Below are positions 21,852 to 34,400 of a stretch of DNA of 64,000 bases, one piece after another (within the stretch, counting starts at the first letter, position 1; every line of letters begins with the position of its first letter). The translations under genes were made by a program, and so were the position numbers. Origin of the DNA: Andalucia godoyi And28 (lineage: Eukaryota; Protista; Jakobida); NCBI GenBank assembly GCA_009859145.1, contig VRVR01000001.1, forward strand, positions 78,463-142,462, written 5' to 3'. The notes under the pieces were generated by a model, which saw only the letters and a list, made by a program, of their open reading frames with translations, ran no database searches and was not told where the DNA came from.

Positions 21852-22417
21852 GGCACGGCGGAGGAATCATCGATCACAAGGAATCGGTTGTCAGTATTCG
21901 ACAGCGTCTCTCATTGGGCCGCGACCTGCACATCTTCAGCCATACTATCCGATGATGTTCACAGCCGTTCCACCAGACGATTGGGTTGGCGGGTTATGAA
22001 TAAGATTGAACCGAAAACAACACAGTAAATAATAATAAAACAATGATGATTGACAGGAACGGCGCTTGAAAATCGAGACTCCGCAGTCTTGCCCGCCCAA
22101 AAGAAACCCTCACAGAGCGTTCCCAAAAAAAGTCCGGCTCTTGCAAACTGCAGCTGTCGTACAGTCTTCCGGCGGTTGTGTTTTTTTTTTCCTTTCAATA
22201 AAAAGATTCCTTTCTTTCGACCGTCTAATACAACCTTCTATCAGACCAGCCTTTTTTTCCCCTTCAGCTGATTGATTTTCCTCTGCTTTCAGCCGATTTT
22301 ACCGTTTTATGTATCAGTAATTACTACAACGATTATATTAATTATTTCATACAGCGTTGTTTTTCCGGGCTTTCTTCTTCTTCTTCTTTTGTTTTCTTGT
22401 TTCTTCATTTGGCTGGA

Positions 22418-25400
22418 ATGACAGAGGTTCTTGTTCGAAGAGCACTGGTTTCAGATGCGGATGCAATCCAGCGGCTGATCGGTGCAGATGATATTTTGAT
22501 GGACCGTCGATTTGGAAAGTATTCGATTGCGTCCGTCATTGACGATTGCTTCATTTCCATCGTCGCATACAGCGAGTCTGGCGATACTCTCGGGTTTGCT
22601 TCCTTTGATGGGTTTCCCAGCAACCCTCTTGTGGAGATTGACCCAAAGAACTGGTCTGCTTCTCTGCTGAAACATTTTGCAATTGGAACTGTTGAGCCCG
22701 TTTCCACGCTGTTCTTGAACTTTTTCTATGCAGACCCGGTAGCCGAGAAGGCGGTTTTGGAGTCATTGCTGTATTCGCTGTTTTCCACACTTCCAGACAC
22801 GGACGACTTGCTCTTTGTACTTCCGTCCTCTGTGCAGCTGTATGAACCGCTGTCGTTTTCGTTTTCAAATGTCGAGAAGATGTCGTCGTCGACTGCTGAG
22901 CATGCTCTGTATCGTGTGCGCAGAGTGGCCGTTATCCCCGACTTGGATGTCCGACTTGGGTTTGTAGAAGATCACGATGATTTGCTGCAGCTGGTGGATC
23001 ACCAGGGCGAAGCGCTTGCGGCAATCTACGGGGATTATTACTTGGCAGAACTGCTGGAGAGGCAAGACAAGGATAATCGAACGCTTGTTGCAGAAGTTGT
23101 TGGAGAAGCTGTCGGGCTGATGAGGATATCTGCAGTTGACTTTGATCCAAATATTCTTGCCAAGTGCTTCCATCTTGATCCGTACGATAATCTGGTGAAG
23201 ACTGTATCGAACGGCCAAAAGGTTTCGAACGCATTCCGAGTACAGCTTTTCACTGTTGCAGAAGACTGGGAAAGCAGATGCATTGACTTCCTCCAACCGG
23301 CATTCGACTTGTTCCCCGACAAGGACTACTGCATCATGACGGTTCCGTACACCGCGACATCTTTGGAAATCCTCCGAACGTTCACTCCAGTTGCTCCGCG
23401 ACTGTCAAACACATATGGACAGGCACTGTTTGTCTTCCATCGTTTTTCGCTGCTGAAGCAATTGCGAGTGGTTCCGGTCGGCAATTTCCCAGCTTTTGGA
23501 GATAAGTTTGCCAAGCTGATTCACGGCTTGACGAATCGCGAAGCCGTGCAGGAAATTGTGTACCAAAGCGCTGAAGCAAAGATGGCGTTTGCTGTGTCCT
23601 GTGGGGAAGAGCTGATTGGAGTGAACGCGCTAGACCCCTCCTTTGATGTACAGTCTTCCAAAGAAGCGTTTGACGTGGACGCGTTCGTTTCTCCTCAAGT
23701 CCATGCGGACAGCCGCCATTGCATGTTGAGCGCGTGCTTGATCAATCCTGTTTTTTTGAGGCAAACACCATTCTTCCTGAGAGATACCATGCGATTATCT
23801 GGAAAGAGTGTGATGCATTACAAGATTCAGGTGGGCTCAGTCCCGTCTGTTGTTGTGGATTTCATGATTCCTGTAGCTCCTCGTCGTGGAATCGAAACCT
23901 TGGATATTGTGAGAGAGAGGCTCGCCAGTCAGGTGCCGCCTTCTATTCTGTATGTCACTCGGAACAAGCTCCTTAGCGAGCCCGTGACGGTCAATAACTC
24001 GCGTATTGTCATCGTTGGGGCATCTGATACCGGTTTGTCGATTATCTACAACCTGCTCATGATTCCAGACGTCAAGTTCCGCAACATCACCCTGGTGTCA
24101 CCGCACGGGCTTCCAAATGCACCTACATTGTCTCCGACCAGTTTCAAGCCCGTTACTCACACATTCATGCCCGAGGAGTATGCGCGTCTGCTGCTCGACC
24201 CTCACTTGCGTGTTGTAGAGAACCGCTTGACTGACTTTTACAGAGATCGCAAGATGGTCGTCTTGTCAGATAATGCAATGGTGCCGTACGATTATCTTGT
24301 TCTTGCCACTGGGCAGCAATACAAACTGTCCCGAAAAGTGCATTCGAAAGACAAACCAATTCCTGATGGCTTCTTTGTCGTTCGCGACGTCGAAGCAGAG
24401 CACGACTTCCGTGACTTCATTTCGGATACCATTGCTCCTTCACAAGATGATCTCGACCCGATTCTTGTCTATGGTGCGACTTTGGATGCATTCTGTACGG
24501 TGACGACCCTGCTGTGTCTCGGCGTGCAACCAAGAAACATTGTTCTTGCAACTCCTCGCATGAATGCACAAACACATCTTCAGGTTGGGGAGTTTTCCGA
24601 CCAGATTGAGGCTTTGCTTGGATCCATTGGTGTGCACTATATGAAAAATCATATGTTGAAGTCGTTGCAGTATTCTGGACCAGATGGAGAGGAGGAGCTG
24701 ACGGGTGCTATCCTTCAATTTGACGATGAGGAAGAGAAGGATGAGCTGACAAAAGCAATGGAGGGTGTGCGAGCGCTGCCAGACCCCGTGGAGGTTGCAT
24801 GCTCTGTGATGGTGTACTTGCATGCAACTGAAGTAGATGACGATATCCTGCATGCGGTGAACTACAGAGCGCTCGTGTTTGATGGCCGACTGATCTTGAA
24901 GCCGTCCTTCAAAACGGAAGACCCCTGCGTTATGGCTGTTGGATCCGTGGCAAAGTTCAGTCGTCGGTTCGGGCCATCCGAGCCGTTCGAGCTGTTCAAC
25001 CCGCGAGAGGTCGCAACCAAATTCACCAACCTCTTCCTTCATGATATTGCGCCAGAGGATTTCGGCGAACCCCGCGAAGCGCAAGTGTTCCCTCCTGTAT
25101 TTTCAAAGCCGATGGCGATTTCATGCATGATGCCGGGAGATCGCTACCTTTTCCGAGTTTGGTCCCCATCTTTCCTGATGCAGACCAAAAACCAAAATAT
25201 GAAGAAGATTTCCACCAATCGAAATGGAAATTACATATGTCTCATTCTTGACGGAACGGGCCGCATTCAAGAGGTACAGTACTTGGGACTGGATCCAGCT
25301 CTGGAGCACAATTTGATGTCTCTTATCGGTCTTCCCGACAGATATCTTCACAATTTGGTATCTCGATACGAGGAAGGGGTCGTCCCAGACATTGTGTCTT

Positions 25401-25705
25401 TCCTTCAGGAAAAATGGTCGTTTTTGGTCTTCCACGACCGATTTTCACAGTTCCGTGAACAACTTCTGGCAAGATTTGTCAGCCAGGATGACGTCATGTC
25501 CATTGAAACCGAGATGCGTCAGCTGTTGGATCAGAGGACCATTGAAGCTGCGTACTTGTCCGACGTCGAGTGGTCTCAATTCTTCGCCAAGCTGTCTCCA
25601 GAAACTCGTCGTGTTGTCGAATTAATGACGATTGATTTCCTGAAGCAGAATGCAGGCGTCTTCAACATGTATCACGTCCCCAGTGAAAATGAAAACGTCT
25701 CCTGA
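22418..25705 (+). CDS. CFAP61: Cilia- and flagella-associated protein 61
   Basis: N-terminal acetyltransferase-like repeats (VRRALVSDADAI, VEDHDDLLQL), FAD/NAD-type NNSRIVIVGASDTGLS, VPYDYLVLATGQQY, LVFDGRLIL..FKTEDP and FHDRFSQF. Confidence 0.92.
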   Translation: MTEVLVRRALVSDADAIQRLIGADDILMDRRFGKYSIASVIDDCFISIVAYSESGDTLGFASFDGFPSNPLVEIDPKNWSASLLKHFAIGTVEPVSTLFLNFFYADPVAEKAVLESLLYSLFSTLPDTDDLLFVLPSSVQLYEPLSFSFSNVEKMSSSTAEHALYRVRRVAVIPDLDVRLGFVEDHDDLLQLVDHQGEALAAIYGDYYLAELLERQDKDNRTLVAEVVGEAVGLMRISAVDFDPNILAKCFHLDPYDNLVKTVSNGQKVSNAFRVQLFTVAEDWESRCIDFLQPAFDLFPDKDYCIMTVPYTATSLEILRTFTPVAPRLSNTYGQALFVFHRFSLLKQLRVVPVGNFPAFGDKFAKLIHGLTNREAVQEIVYQSAEAKMAFAVSCGEELIGVNALDPSFDVQSSKEAFDVDAFVSPQVHADSRHCMLSACLINPVFLRQTPFFLRDTMRLSGKSVMHYKIQVGSVPSVVVDFMIPVAPRRGIETLDIVRERLASQVPPSILYVTRNKLLSEPVTVNNSRIVIVGASDTGLSIIYNLLMIPDVKFRNITLVSPHGLPNAPTLSPTSFKPVTHTFMPEEYARLLLDPHLRVVENRLTDFYRDRKMVVLSDNAMVPYDYLVLATGQQYKLSRKVHSKDKPIPDGFFVVRDVEAEHDFRDFISDTIAPSQDDLDPILVYGATLDAFCTVTTLLCLGVQPRNIVLATPRMNAQTHLQVGEFSDQIEALLGSIGVHYMKNHMLKSLQYSGPDGEEELTGAILQFDDEEEKDELTKAMEGVRALPDPVEVACSVMVYLHATEVDDDILHAVNYRALVFDGRLILKPSFKTEDPCVMAVGSVAKFSRRFGPSEPFELFNPREVATKFTNLFLHDIAPEDFGEPREAQVFPPVFSKPMAISCMMPGDRYLFRVWSPSFLMQTKNQNMKKISTNRNGNYICLILDGTGRIQEVQYLGLDPALEHNLMSLIGLPDRYLHNLVSRYEEGVVPDIVSFLQEKWSFLVFHDRFSQFREQLLARFVSQDDVMSIETEMRQLLDQRTIEAAYLSDVEWSQFFAKLSPETRRVVELMTIDFLKQNAGVFNMYHVPSENENVS

Positions 25706-25956
25706 GCGTCACGTCACGCGCCATACAGACGCTGTTCATTAATTAAATTACAAATAAATAGTAAACAAAAGTTTCCAAACGAATCGACGGGGATTTTGCA
25801 TTTGCTGCAATCGTTGCAAGCTTTCCAATCTTTTCTTCCAATTCGTTCTTCTTTTTAAAATTAATATAATGATTTTCTTAGTAAAGTACATCGACACACA
25901 CCCACTCACCCACTCACCCACACACACACACACTCACCCACACGTACGTTTATAAA

Positions 25957-27496
25957 ATGAGTTTAAAAGGTGGCATTCGCGAAGTGTTTGACGATTTGAG
26001 TCTCAGTGTAATATATTATCTTGGTATGTCCTTGCTTATTTCGCCAGTATCCCAAGAAGAAAAAAAGAAAAAAAAACAACAACACCAAGTTACACTCATT
26101 CTCGCAATCTCATTTCTTTTGTGTGTGCCTTCGTCCATTTCTGTGCTTCTCACCGCACAGAACATCACAAAGGAGTTTCCGAAGTCCGGTTTACTCAAAA
26201 GAAAGGCTGCACAGATACGGATGCGCTGTCTTGGGAAGCGCGGAATCAGCCTTACTTACTTCCTGATGATCTCAAAGCATTTCTTGCCATCAGCAACGGT
26301 CTCGATCTTCGATGGAACATGAAAATTCGAGGTATGCATTCCGTTTCACATATGCACATACGCTTGCAAAAACTGCAGTCTGATTTTGAAATTTTTCTTT
26401 GGAAACCACGAATGTGATTGCATGTATGCTTCTCTCTCTGTCGCAAATCATAATGACAATGGCAATTGTGTGTCTAGACATGGATGGTCCACTGGGTGTC
26501 ATGTACATAAACGAATTGTCGGAAATGCGACCGTTTCCGCTGTTCTCGAGCAAGCATTTGTTTCCAGATTCCCTCCCTGCTCTGGAGCGCGAACTTCGGC
26601 CGAGAATTGAGGGCGATTTCTTGGATGGTGCTGCAGCTACGGGGAACTTCTCGCAAAAGGAGGCGGTTCTTGGTTCTCCGTCGTCACCGTCAGGGTCTGC
26701 ATCGTCGACCTCGGCTGTTCTACGAAGGTCGCCTATGCATTCGCGATCTGGAAGCTTGGCAAATGCAGCAGCATGCCCAAACATCACCCCGGTTGCCGCA
26801 TTCGACCTGGATGTGACGTGTCTGTGTGGCCGATTGTGTCTGCTGTTCAATCGCGGGCCGTCGCTGCCGCAAGTCTGGTTATTTGATTTGGGGTGCCAGT
26901 GGCATTTTGTTGCGAACTCGTTTACTGATTACTTTCGCTTGTTAATCATGCATTTGGGCATTCCGAACTGGCAATACATCTTTACGGACTGCGGTCTCGA
27001 TTCCGTTACGCAGCAGTGGATGCGGTTGTTTTCGCCGCAGCGGCTTCAGTACAACCTGGAACGCATTCAGATGCAACGTGAAGGCGGCAATGTATCCGGG
27101 CTGATGTCACCTCCGAAATCGGACGGGTTTCTCAAATCCCTTCTCAAGACGACTCGCACTTCTCCCAAATCAAAGAAGTCAAGTAAGAAGAAATCGCAAT
27201 CCAAGAAGAAGACTGGCAAGAAATCGTCTTCTGGTGCAAAAGGCGATGATGACAGTGACGGTGATGGTGGCGCATCTGTTGACTCTGGAACACGAGAAAG
27301 CGCAGTTTCGTCGGATTCCGCAGCTACTTCATCGAAGAGACCGCCCACGGCCGGTGCTCCGCGCCCTCCGTCGCAGCCCAACTCGTCTCGCCGGCTCGAT
27401 ACCAAGGAACAAGTTCCAACAACCGCACGGGCTGTCCCTGCAAGACCGTTATCGGCGTCTCGCGTTCCGGTGCGCCCCACATCTGCCAAGAGATGA
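25957..27496 (+). CDS. TPGS2: Tubulin polyglutamylase complex subunit 2, three exons
   Basis: Introns 26024-26160 and about 26332-26478 (GTATGT/GTATGC). Motifs: WEARNQPYLLPDDLKAFLAISNGLDLRW and VWLFDLGCQWHFVANSFTDYFRLLIMHLGIPNWQY. Confidence 0.88.
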
Positions 27497-27750
27497 TTTC
27501 ACCATCCGGGCTTTCTATTCCATCAATTCAGCGTCATTTTGTTACCTTTTTTAAATAAATAAATACTATTCTGTAAAAAAGAATTTACAAAATTCATCCC
27601 AGAAACCTTTCATCTGATTGAAGAGAACCATTTTACTATACAGTGACGGGTGATCCAATGACGAAGCCTTCTATTCCTCATTCACCTGACTCTGAATGCA
27701 CGAAATCATCATTCATGCTTCGAGCCCCTCCTTGACCATAAATTACGCCC

Positions 27751-27790
<40 letters not shown>

Positions 27791-27823
27791 GTTCTTGGAA
27801 AACGCTACGTCATGTTGCAGCTC

Positions 27824-29065
27824 CTAGCCGAACGACTGGTCAGAATTCTCCAAATCCTGATATATGCTGGAGCTGCTTGAATCCAGGGCGGGGCTCTGCG
27901 CATCAGAATGACCATCCCCAGAACCACCCTGCTTTCGCAAATTGTGTACATGGCTTCCGCGATCCACGCCTGACTGCAACTTGTCCTTTTCGAGTTGTGC
28001 TATCCGTTCTCGTGCTTCTGCAAGCTGTTTCTGCAGTACAGCGTTTTGCTTTGCTTGCTCGTCATTGCGGGTGGCGAGCTGTCGGACAAGCTCAAAGCTT
28101 AGAAGGGCATCCCTTCCAGACAACCCGCCGGCAATCTGTGACCCCGCAAAGAGCCTTTTCGAAGCGTCTTGTTGCGTCAAGCCGTGTGCCAAGTCGCGAA
28201 TGTGCTGCCGAATATCTGCAGACAGAAGCTCAAACTCGGCACGAACTGTCGCGAGAACAGTCGACATTTCGACGAAAAACACTGTATCTGAAGAATTGGC
28301 CTTCTTGATGCTGATTGCCGCTTTCTGGAGAGATGCCTCGAGCCGTCGTCGATATGTGGAAAGCTGCGGGAAAACCGTTTGCTGGAAATCGTGAACAATA
28401 CGAGTTTCAAGGTCTGCCATCAACACAGCGTCGAAAACGCTGTCCCCGGTAGAGGACACGCCCGCAGATCCGTGCGCATGACTGTGCTGGTAAACCGGAC
28501 CCGAATGAGCATCCTTTGACATCATTCCGTGTGTAGGAGGTGACGATCTGCCTCCAGGGGGAGCTGCATCGTGCTGCGGTACATGTGAATGGTGCTGATG
28601 GTGCTGATGCTGTCCGCGACCTCGTTTCATTCCAGCATACTGGTCCGCAAGGTTAGCCATGTATGTGTAGTACTCCGCGAGGTACGCAAACGTCGCAGTT
28701 GACGAAGACTCAATATCTGGTTCCGAAAGCCCCGTTTTGAACATTGTCTCCTTTTCTTTGGTCAATGACTGGACCAGTGACATGGATGACGATGACGATG
28801 ACGATGACGACGAAGACGAAGACGACGACGACGCTGAACTTGTTGCAGCGAGTGGGTATGCACCCGACGATGATGATGCTTCTGGAGAAAAGTACCTCCA
28901 GTTTAGGATGCTAACTGCACTAATATTTCCAGAAGTCTGCATTCGTTGTGTCATAATCTTTCGAAATGTCAGCGCTGCTGCTCGAAAGGACTGCGCCGCG
29001 GCTTCATAATCAGCATTTCGCATTGCTCGCTGTCCGAGCCGAACATCCAGCTGGGCTTCGTTCAT
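27824..29065 (-). CDS. Hypothetical protein with an N-terminal MIT/TPR-like helix pair and a C-terminal coiled coil
   Basis: ORF of about 413 aa containing AMRNADYEAAAQSFRAAALTF, Ser/His low-complexity tracts and a coiled coil (KQLAEARERIAQLEK). Confidence 0.6.
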   Translation of the reverse strand: MNEAQLDVRLGQRAMRNADYEAAAQSFRAAALTFRKIMTQRMQTSGNISAVSILNWRYFSPEASSSSGAYPLAATSSASSSSSSSSSSSSSSSSMSLVQSLTKEKETMFKTGLSEPDIESSSTATFAYLAEYYTYMANLADQYAGMKRGRGQHQHHQHHSHVPQHDAAPPGGRSSPPTHGMMSKDAHSGPVYQHSHAHGSAGVSSTGDSVFDAVLMADLETRIVHDFQQTVFPQLSTYRRRLEASLQKAAISIKKANSSDTVFFVEMSTVLATVRAEFELLSADIRQHIRDLAHGLTQQDASKRLFAGSQIAGGLSGRDALLSFELVRQLATRNDEQAKQNAVLQKQLAEARERIAQLEKDKLQSGVDRGSHVHNLRKQGGSGDGHSDAQSPALDSSSSSIYQDLENSDQSFG

Positions 29066-29489
29066 CTCGCGGTGGCACTCCAAGAAAATCTAACCGCCTG
29101 CCCTTAATACAGATAGCAACACGCAACAAAGAAAGAAAAAAACACCCGCACAAACGGATGAATAACAATAAATATGATAGCAATGGCAGAAATAACAAGC
29201 AAACAGCAAGGTTGGAGAAATGAGATCTCTGTTCAACTTCACGAATCGACGTGAAAAGCGTTTCGAGGAGCCGGGAAGTTTGGTGCACAAATTTTTTTTA
29301 AATTTTTTTTTAATGAATAAAAATAAAAAGAAAGGGGGAAAAAGGAAAAGGACAAGGACAAGAAAGACTCGCCACATCGCTTTCCGCACAGCAGAACTTC
29401 AGAGAGAGGCCTTTCTCGACCTGGGGTGGCAGTGGTTTTCGAAGTGGACGATGATGTATTGGCCAATGACCAATTCGAATTGAGAAAAG

Positions 29490-29870
29490 GGTGCTTCCCT
29501 TCTGCCGGCTCCCTCCGCACCATACGAGACGTGTCGAATTTCGGAAGGACGATGGTGTCTTACTCCTCACACAGCCATTTTGCAAGCCTGCGATGCACTT
29601 CCGTCGTCAGGCTGCGGATCTGCTGACGTATCCGCAATCACGCGCCGCTTGTCGAGTGGGACTTGGTTCTCGTCCCGCACGCCACTCGGCTGTGGAATGC
29701 ACAGAGAAAAGTGACCCGACCTCTTTCGCTGGATGCGCATGTCGTACACCGTCCTCTCCGGTGGAGGCAGCGGCTTGGCATGCCGAACAGCATCTTTCCC
29801 AAAGGAAGTAGGGCGCGGATGCGTCCAGCGGCGGCCCCGTGTCGTAAGGCTGAAGTGCAGATGTCATAAA
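29490..29870 (-). mobile_element. Decayed Fanzor2 element, family C copy 1
   Basis: The minus strand reads FGKDAVRHAKPLPPPERTVYDMRIQRKRSGHFSLCIPQP..RDENQVPLDKRRVIA, then after a deletion LRIRQQIRSLTTEVHRRLAKWLCEE*DTIVLPKFDTSRMVRR. It is near-identical to 63662-63845 over about 200 bp. Confidence 0.88.
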
Positions 29871-30002
29871 TGTTCTGCACTGCAGACGGGCGAATAAACA
29901 TTTCAAGGATACATGTGGATTGCACACCAGAAAAATGCTCAACTTCCTTCTTGTTTATTGTGGAGAAGAGATGTTGCAACGTTCTTGCATCATAATTGTC
30001 TA

Positions 30003-30835
30003 TCAGCGTTCTTTCGAGTCAATTCGGACGACTTCCTTGCTCATAATCTCGAGGGTAACCTTGTCTGCGTGCAAAACGGAAGCCAGAGTCTTGATTCCTC
30101 TTCCTTGTTCCTTGACGAGTCGCAAAATTTCTGCGGCTTCCGATGCGGATCCAAACGTTTCTGGCTCTTCATGAGACACTGGCATATAAAACATGGCCAA
30201 ATGTGCAAGCCGGACGAGCTCTGAGTCCAACTTTTGCGCAGCATTCAGCAACGCGCGCAGTCTCTCTGCTTCTGAAATAAGCTGAGCAGGCGATGCAATA
30301 TGCGAAGCTTGGCGCGCTGCAGCAAGCATTCCCACAACACGCAGCGCAACGCGGCGAATCTGTGCTCCACGATCCCGAGCCTCCGACAGTCGGAGCTGGA
30401 CAAGTTCATTAATCCGCTCACGACCTTCGTCGGATGCAAGAATCGAAAGCCCGCCTTGAACCCCTGCAGAATACTGTTCTTGGAACGCAGCAATCTTTTT
30501 CAAATCCGCGTACGTCGTGGCAATCAGCGGCATGTACCTGGATGGATCGGGATTTGCAAGCCGAGACGCCAGAAGCGTGTCCTTGTCAATCAGCTGCTCA
30601 GGCTGCAGCACTTGCTGCGGCTGCGGCTGAAGTTGCGAAGGCTGCTGCTGCTGACCATCGTGTACACTGCTCACTAGCTTTGCAGGGACTTGCGACAGAA
30701 CATACGACGGAGCACTTCGATACACAAACACTGGATGCCGATACGGACCTGGAGTCGGTCTCGACGGATCAAATCGAAGTGCCAATTCCTGCAGTCTCTT
30801 TGCTTCAGGATTAATCGCAACCTGCTGTTGCTGCT

Positions 30836-30867
<32 letters not shown>

Positions 30868-31172
30868 TGCTGCAAATTGAATGTCTGGGTTTGGAAACTC
30901 GGGGCTGCTGCATTTTGTGGTGCTTGCCATGAAGGCTGCTGCAAATTGAATGTCGGGGCTTGGAAACTCGGGGCTGCTGCATTTTGTGGTGCTTGCCATG
31001 AAGGCTGCTGCAAATTGAACGTCGGGGCTTGGAAACTCGGAGCAGCTGCATTTGGTGGTGCGAACGAAAACGATGCAGCCGGTACAGATGGATTCATGAA
31101 CCCGCTTGTCGTCGGATGTGCCGTTTGGACAGAAAGGCCACCTGGACGAAACGACAGAGAATTGTTTGCCAT
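30003..31172 (-). CDS. NUP54: Nucleoporin Nup54/Nup57-like
   Basis: Phe-spaced low-complexity N-terminus, then LLASRLANPDPSRYMPLIATTYADLKKIAAFQEQY (Nup54 alpha/beta domain pattern) and a coiled-coil C-terminus. Confidence 0.7.
30868..31055 (-). repeat. 69-bp coding tandem repeat (about 2.7 units) followed by poly-Q
   Basis: NAAAPSFQAPTFNLQQPSWQAPQ occurs twice, plus a partial third unit. Confidence 0.92.
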
Positions 31173-31201
31173 TTTCACTTGAATTAAAACAAGAAAAAGG
31201 G

Positions 31202-31248
<47 letters not shown>

Positions 31249-31475
31249 AAAGCTGAGTCAGTCTGATTTTTGAAATAAAGATCGAGAAACAACAGCAGAA
31301 CAAAAATGAAAACAGGAAAACCAGCGTGTCTGGCAATGTGGGAGAAGAAAGGAAAAAAATAAAAAGAGGATGTCTTCGGTAAGTCGTATTTGGAGCGCAG
31401 CGCTGTGGAATTGTCGAAATCCACATCAATTAGATTTTAATTTTAATTTTAACCTTTTAAATTATGAAGGTGTCC

Positions 31476-34400
31476 TTACTGAGGCTGATGGACAGTATCA
31501 ACACCAGAGAATAGAATCGCGTTCCACAGAAATCCGCATTCTTGGAGATCTGCGATGCGGTTGTTGGCAACAAACCAGCTGCAACACTCTTCAAGCTCCG
31601 TCTTTCGAGTCGACACGACGTCATTGGAGAGATTTAGGACTTGAGACAGCATGACATGAAGAGCTTTCGCTCTGTATACCCTACTTCCCGATTCGAGTGC
31701 TATGCATATCGCCTTGTTCAGGCAGTCCAAAGCAGAGTACTCTTGATTTCCGATTGTCAACTGCGCATTTGTTCTGAGAACTGTCTGAGCAGCAATGATC
31801 CACATATCCTCAATGCAGACATTCACCTCGGCGCCCTCCAAAGACGCTTCGATGATGCAGCGAACGACGTGCCGCGCGGTCTGAGCATACTCATCAAGAT
31901 CCAGTTGCAGAAGTGCATCGCAGTAGGAAGCACGAAGGGCGTCATTCACAAGCCCCACCTTTTCGAATCCTTTGTACAGCTCGTCAAACCGGTTGAACAA
32001 CTGTCGTTTTAGTGGAAGTTCCTGAGCGTCGAAAACACGGCAAATGCTCATGTATCCGTCCATCAACGAAGCAAACACGACCTTTCTCCCGCCATCAGAC
32101 GAAATAGCAACAAGCTCCTTGATTTCAGACTCGGCCGCAAGAATGCGAGACGTGTTCCGTTCCAAGAGCGGGACGTACAGAGTTTTGCCAACGGCGACAA
32201 GCGACGCAAGCGCACCTGCATCTGAGACATCAGGCTTGAGAGAATCCCTGCAAGCATCATGTGCCTTGGAAATATGCCCCAAGAACCATAGGCTCTTGGA
32301 TGCGGACGCAAGACCGCAGGAAACGCCTTCATGTCCGCCGTATTCATATTCCGATTGTACAACAGCACGCGGTGCCTTCAAATAGTTCTTCCATATCGCA
32401 TCCATATCCTCCGAAACACCTTCGCTACTGCGAACATTGTACTTGAACTTCAGCCGGTGATGGTACAGTTGCACTTGGATAACGGCATCGTCGGGATACA
32501 AGCTGCACACTTGCTCCAGTTCCTCAACGACGCGGCGCTGCAAAGGAAGGTCGTTATGAGGGACTGCAATCGCAAACAGATTTGCCAGCACGCGGACAAA
32601 TGACCGGTCCGTGCGGTCGGCAAGCTCGTAAGACCGACGAGCCCACTCTGCGGTTTCATCACCAGCAGCAAACATGATTTTCAGCAAAACAGAAGTCATC
32701 TCGATGGAGACGCGAAGCTTTTCGCTCCTGATGTCTTGATTGAATGCCTCCTCAAGAAGTTCCACATAGCCCCATATGCGACGAAGCAGCACTTCGCGCT
32801 TCTTGTATTCCTTCACAGGAATCAGACGGAAAAGAGACCATGACTTTTCCAGCGACTGCGAAACAAACTTCTCGAAGTGCGTGTCGCTAAACGTAGAAGA
32901 CGTCCGATGACCAAGTCCGACGTGAGTGGATGCACGAGTGGAGAGCGTAGAGCCAACACCAGAATGGGACGAGGACTCAGAGCTAGTGTCATGTTGAACA
33001 AACGACAACCTGCCAGTCACGTAGGCGTGGCAGTGCGCGAGCAAGACGGTCAGAAACTCTCTCTTCATCTCATCCACGCGCATGGAAGAGCCGTCGCGAG
33101 AGGCTCTTTCACACATGGATGCAGAACGTTCCTCAACAGCCAAAGCTGCTTGGTAGTGCGCTTCAGCACGGAACGACGGCACAAGAGACATAACAAGCGC
33201 CTTCTGTACTTGCTGCGAGGCAAATTGCAGGCGCGCTGGCTCTCCAACCACTTCAGACGCGTGAGAACGAAGGATCCCCGCGGCTTCCAACCGAACTATC
33301 GCTTTCTCATAGTTGGATTCTGATATCATATATCGGGAAACCATCATCAAAAAGCAGACATGAAAATCGTTCATGTATTCGGCAACGACTGCAGCAATCC
33401 TTGCGACAAGAGCAGAATCTGCATCCAACCGATCCAGAACAACATTCGCCAGCGCAAGTGAATCGTTGGCCCAGCCGGCTTGCAGGAGTTCCTCCATTTC
33501 GTCGGCAGACACTCTGGTCTTTGCCGAAAATAGAACGCTGCCGTCGGTGACCTCGAGAAATTGCTGTTTTTTGAGAAGCGACGTCACCAAAAATGCATGT
33601 AGAGGCAAGCCGAGAAATGACCTCTCCGAAACAAAATCAACAACTGCAGAAGACACGGACATGCTTCCCGGATACTGATTGCGAATGAACTGTGCAAGCT
33701 CTGCGTGCGTGAAGCCTCCAATATGGACCTGCTTCACAGAAGGCGCATTAGAGTCGTCCACGGACGGAAAAAGATCTGAAAATGTCTTGTCTGTGGATGA
33801 CAGCAAAAAGATAACACCTGCCGCGGGACGGACAGCAAATTCGGCCAGCATTCGTTGTGAGACATGATCCAAGTTATGTGCATTCTCAAAAATCACCAGA
33901 ATGGAGGCACCAAACTTGGAATTCACAGAGACAATCAGTTTGTGAAACATCCGAGACAAATTTTCCAGTCTGGCAAAGGCATCGAGCAAGCGGCTTCGCT
34001 TGCTTGGCATGAACTCAAAATTCATCAAAGACAAAAACGGATTGAAAACATCGAGCATGTTCATGTCGTCTTCATCGAACACATCACGCAGAACAGCTAG
34101 AAGGCCATCCATACTTGATGAATGCTTGCTTCCACAAAAATGCCAAAACAGCGAAGCAAACGGAGCGTACTTGTGGCTGTCGCGCGATTCGTCAGCCGAT
34201 AGCAAATCATTGAAAAATACAGTGATCTGTTCATTCCTTGCAAAGTTTCCAGCGTTGCGCACAAACGTAGATTTTCCAGATCCAGCAGGACCAGAAAGCA
34301 CAAAAAAACTGCCATTGACCGTGCTTCGGCCGGCGAGAGTCGAGTGGCGCTGAAATCCTGGACAAAATGCATCGACAAGCGACTGACGCTGCACCAATGC

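Noticed and set aside
21450-22150. Possible small gene or relic between A2 and CFAP61
   Set aside because: No coherent exon chain or motif set could be built.
29368-29490. Possible right end of C1 (tgtggcgag, similar to the B terminus)
   Set aside because: The intervening sequence lacks the RuvC-III and omegaRNA motifs, so the similarity is too short to support.
29699-29712. U6-like ACAGAGA box
   Set aside because: It lies inside Fanzor relic C1 (antisense of FSLCI) and lacks the rest of U6.
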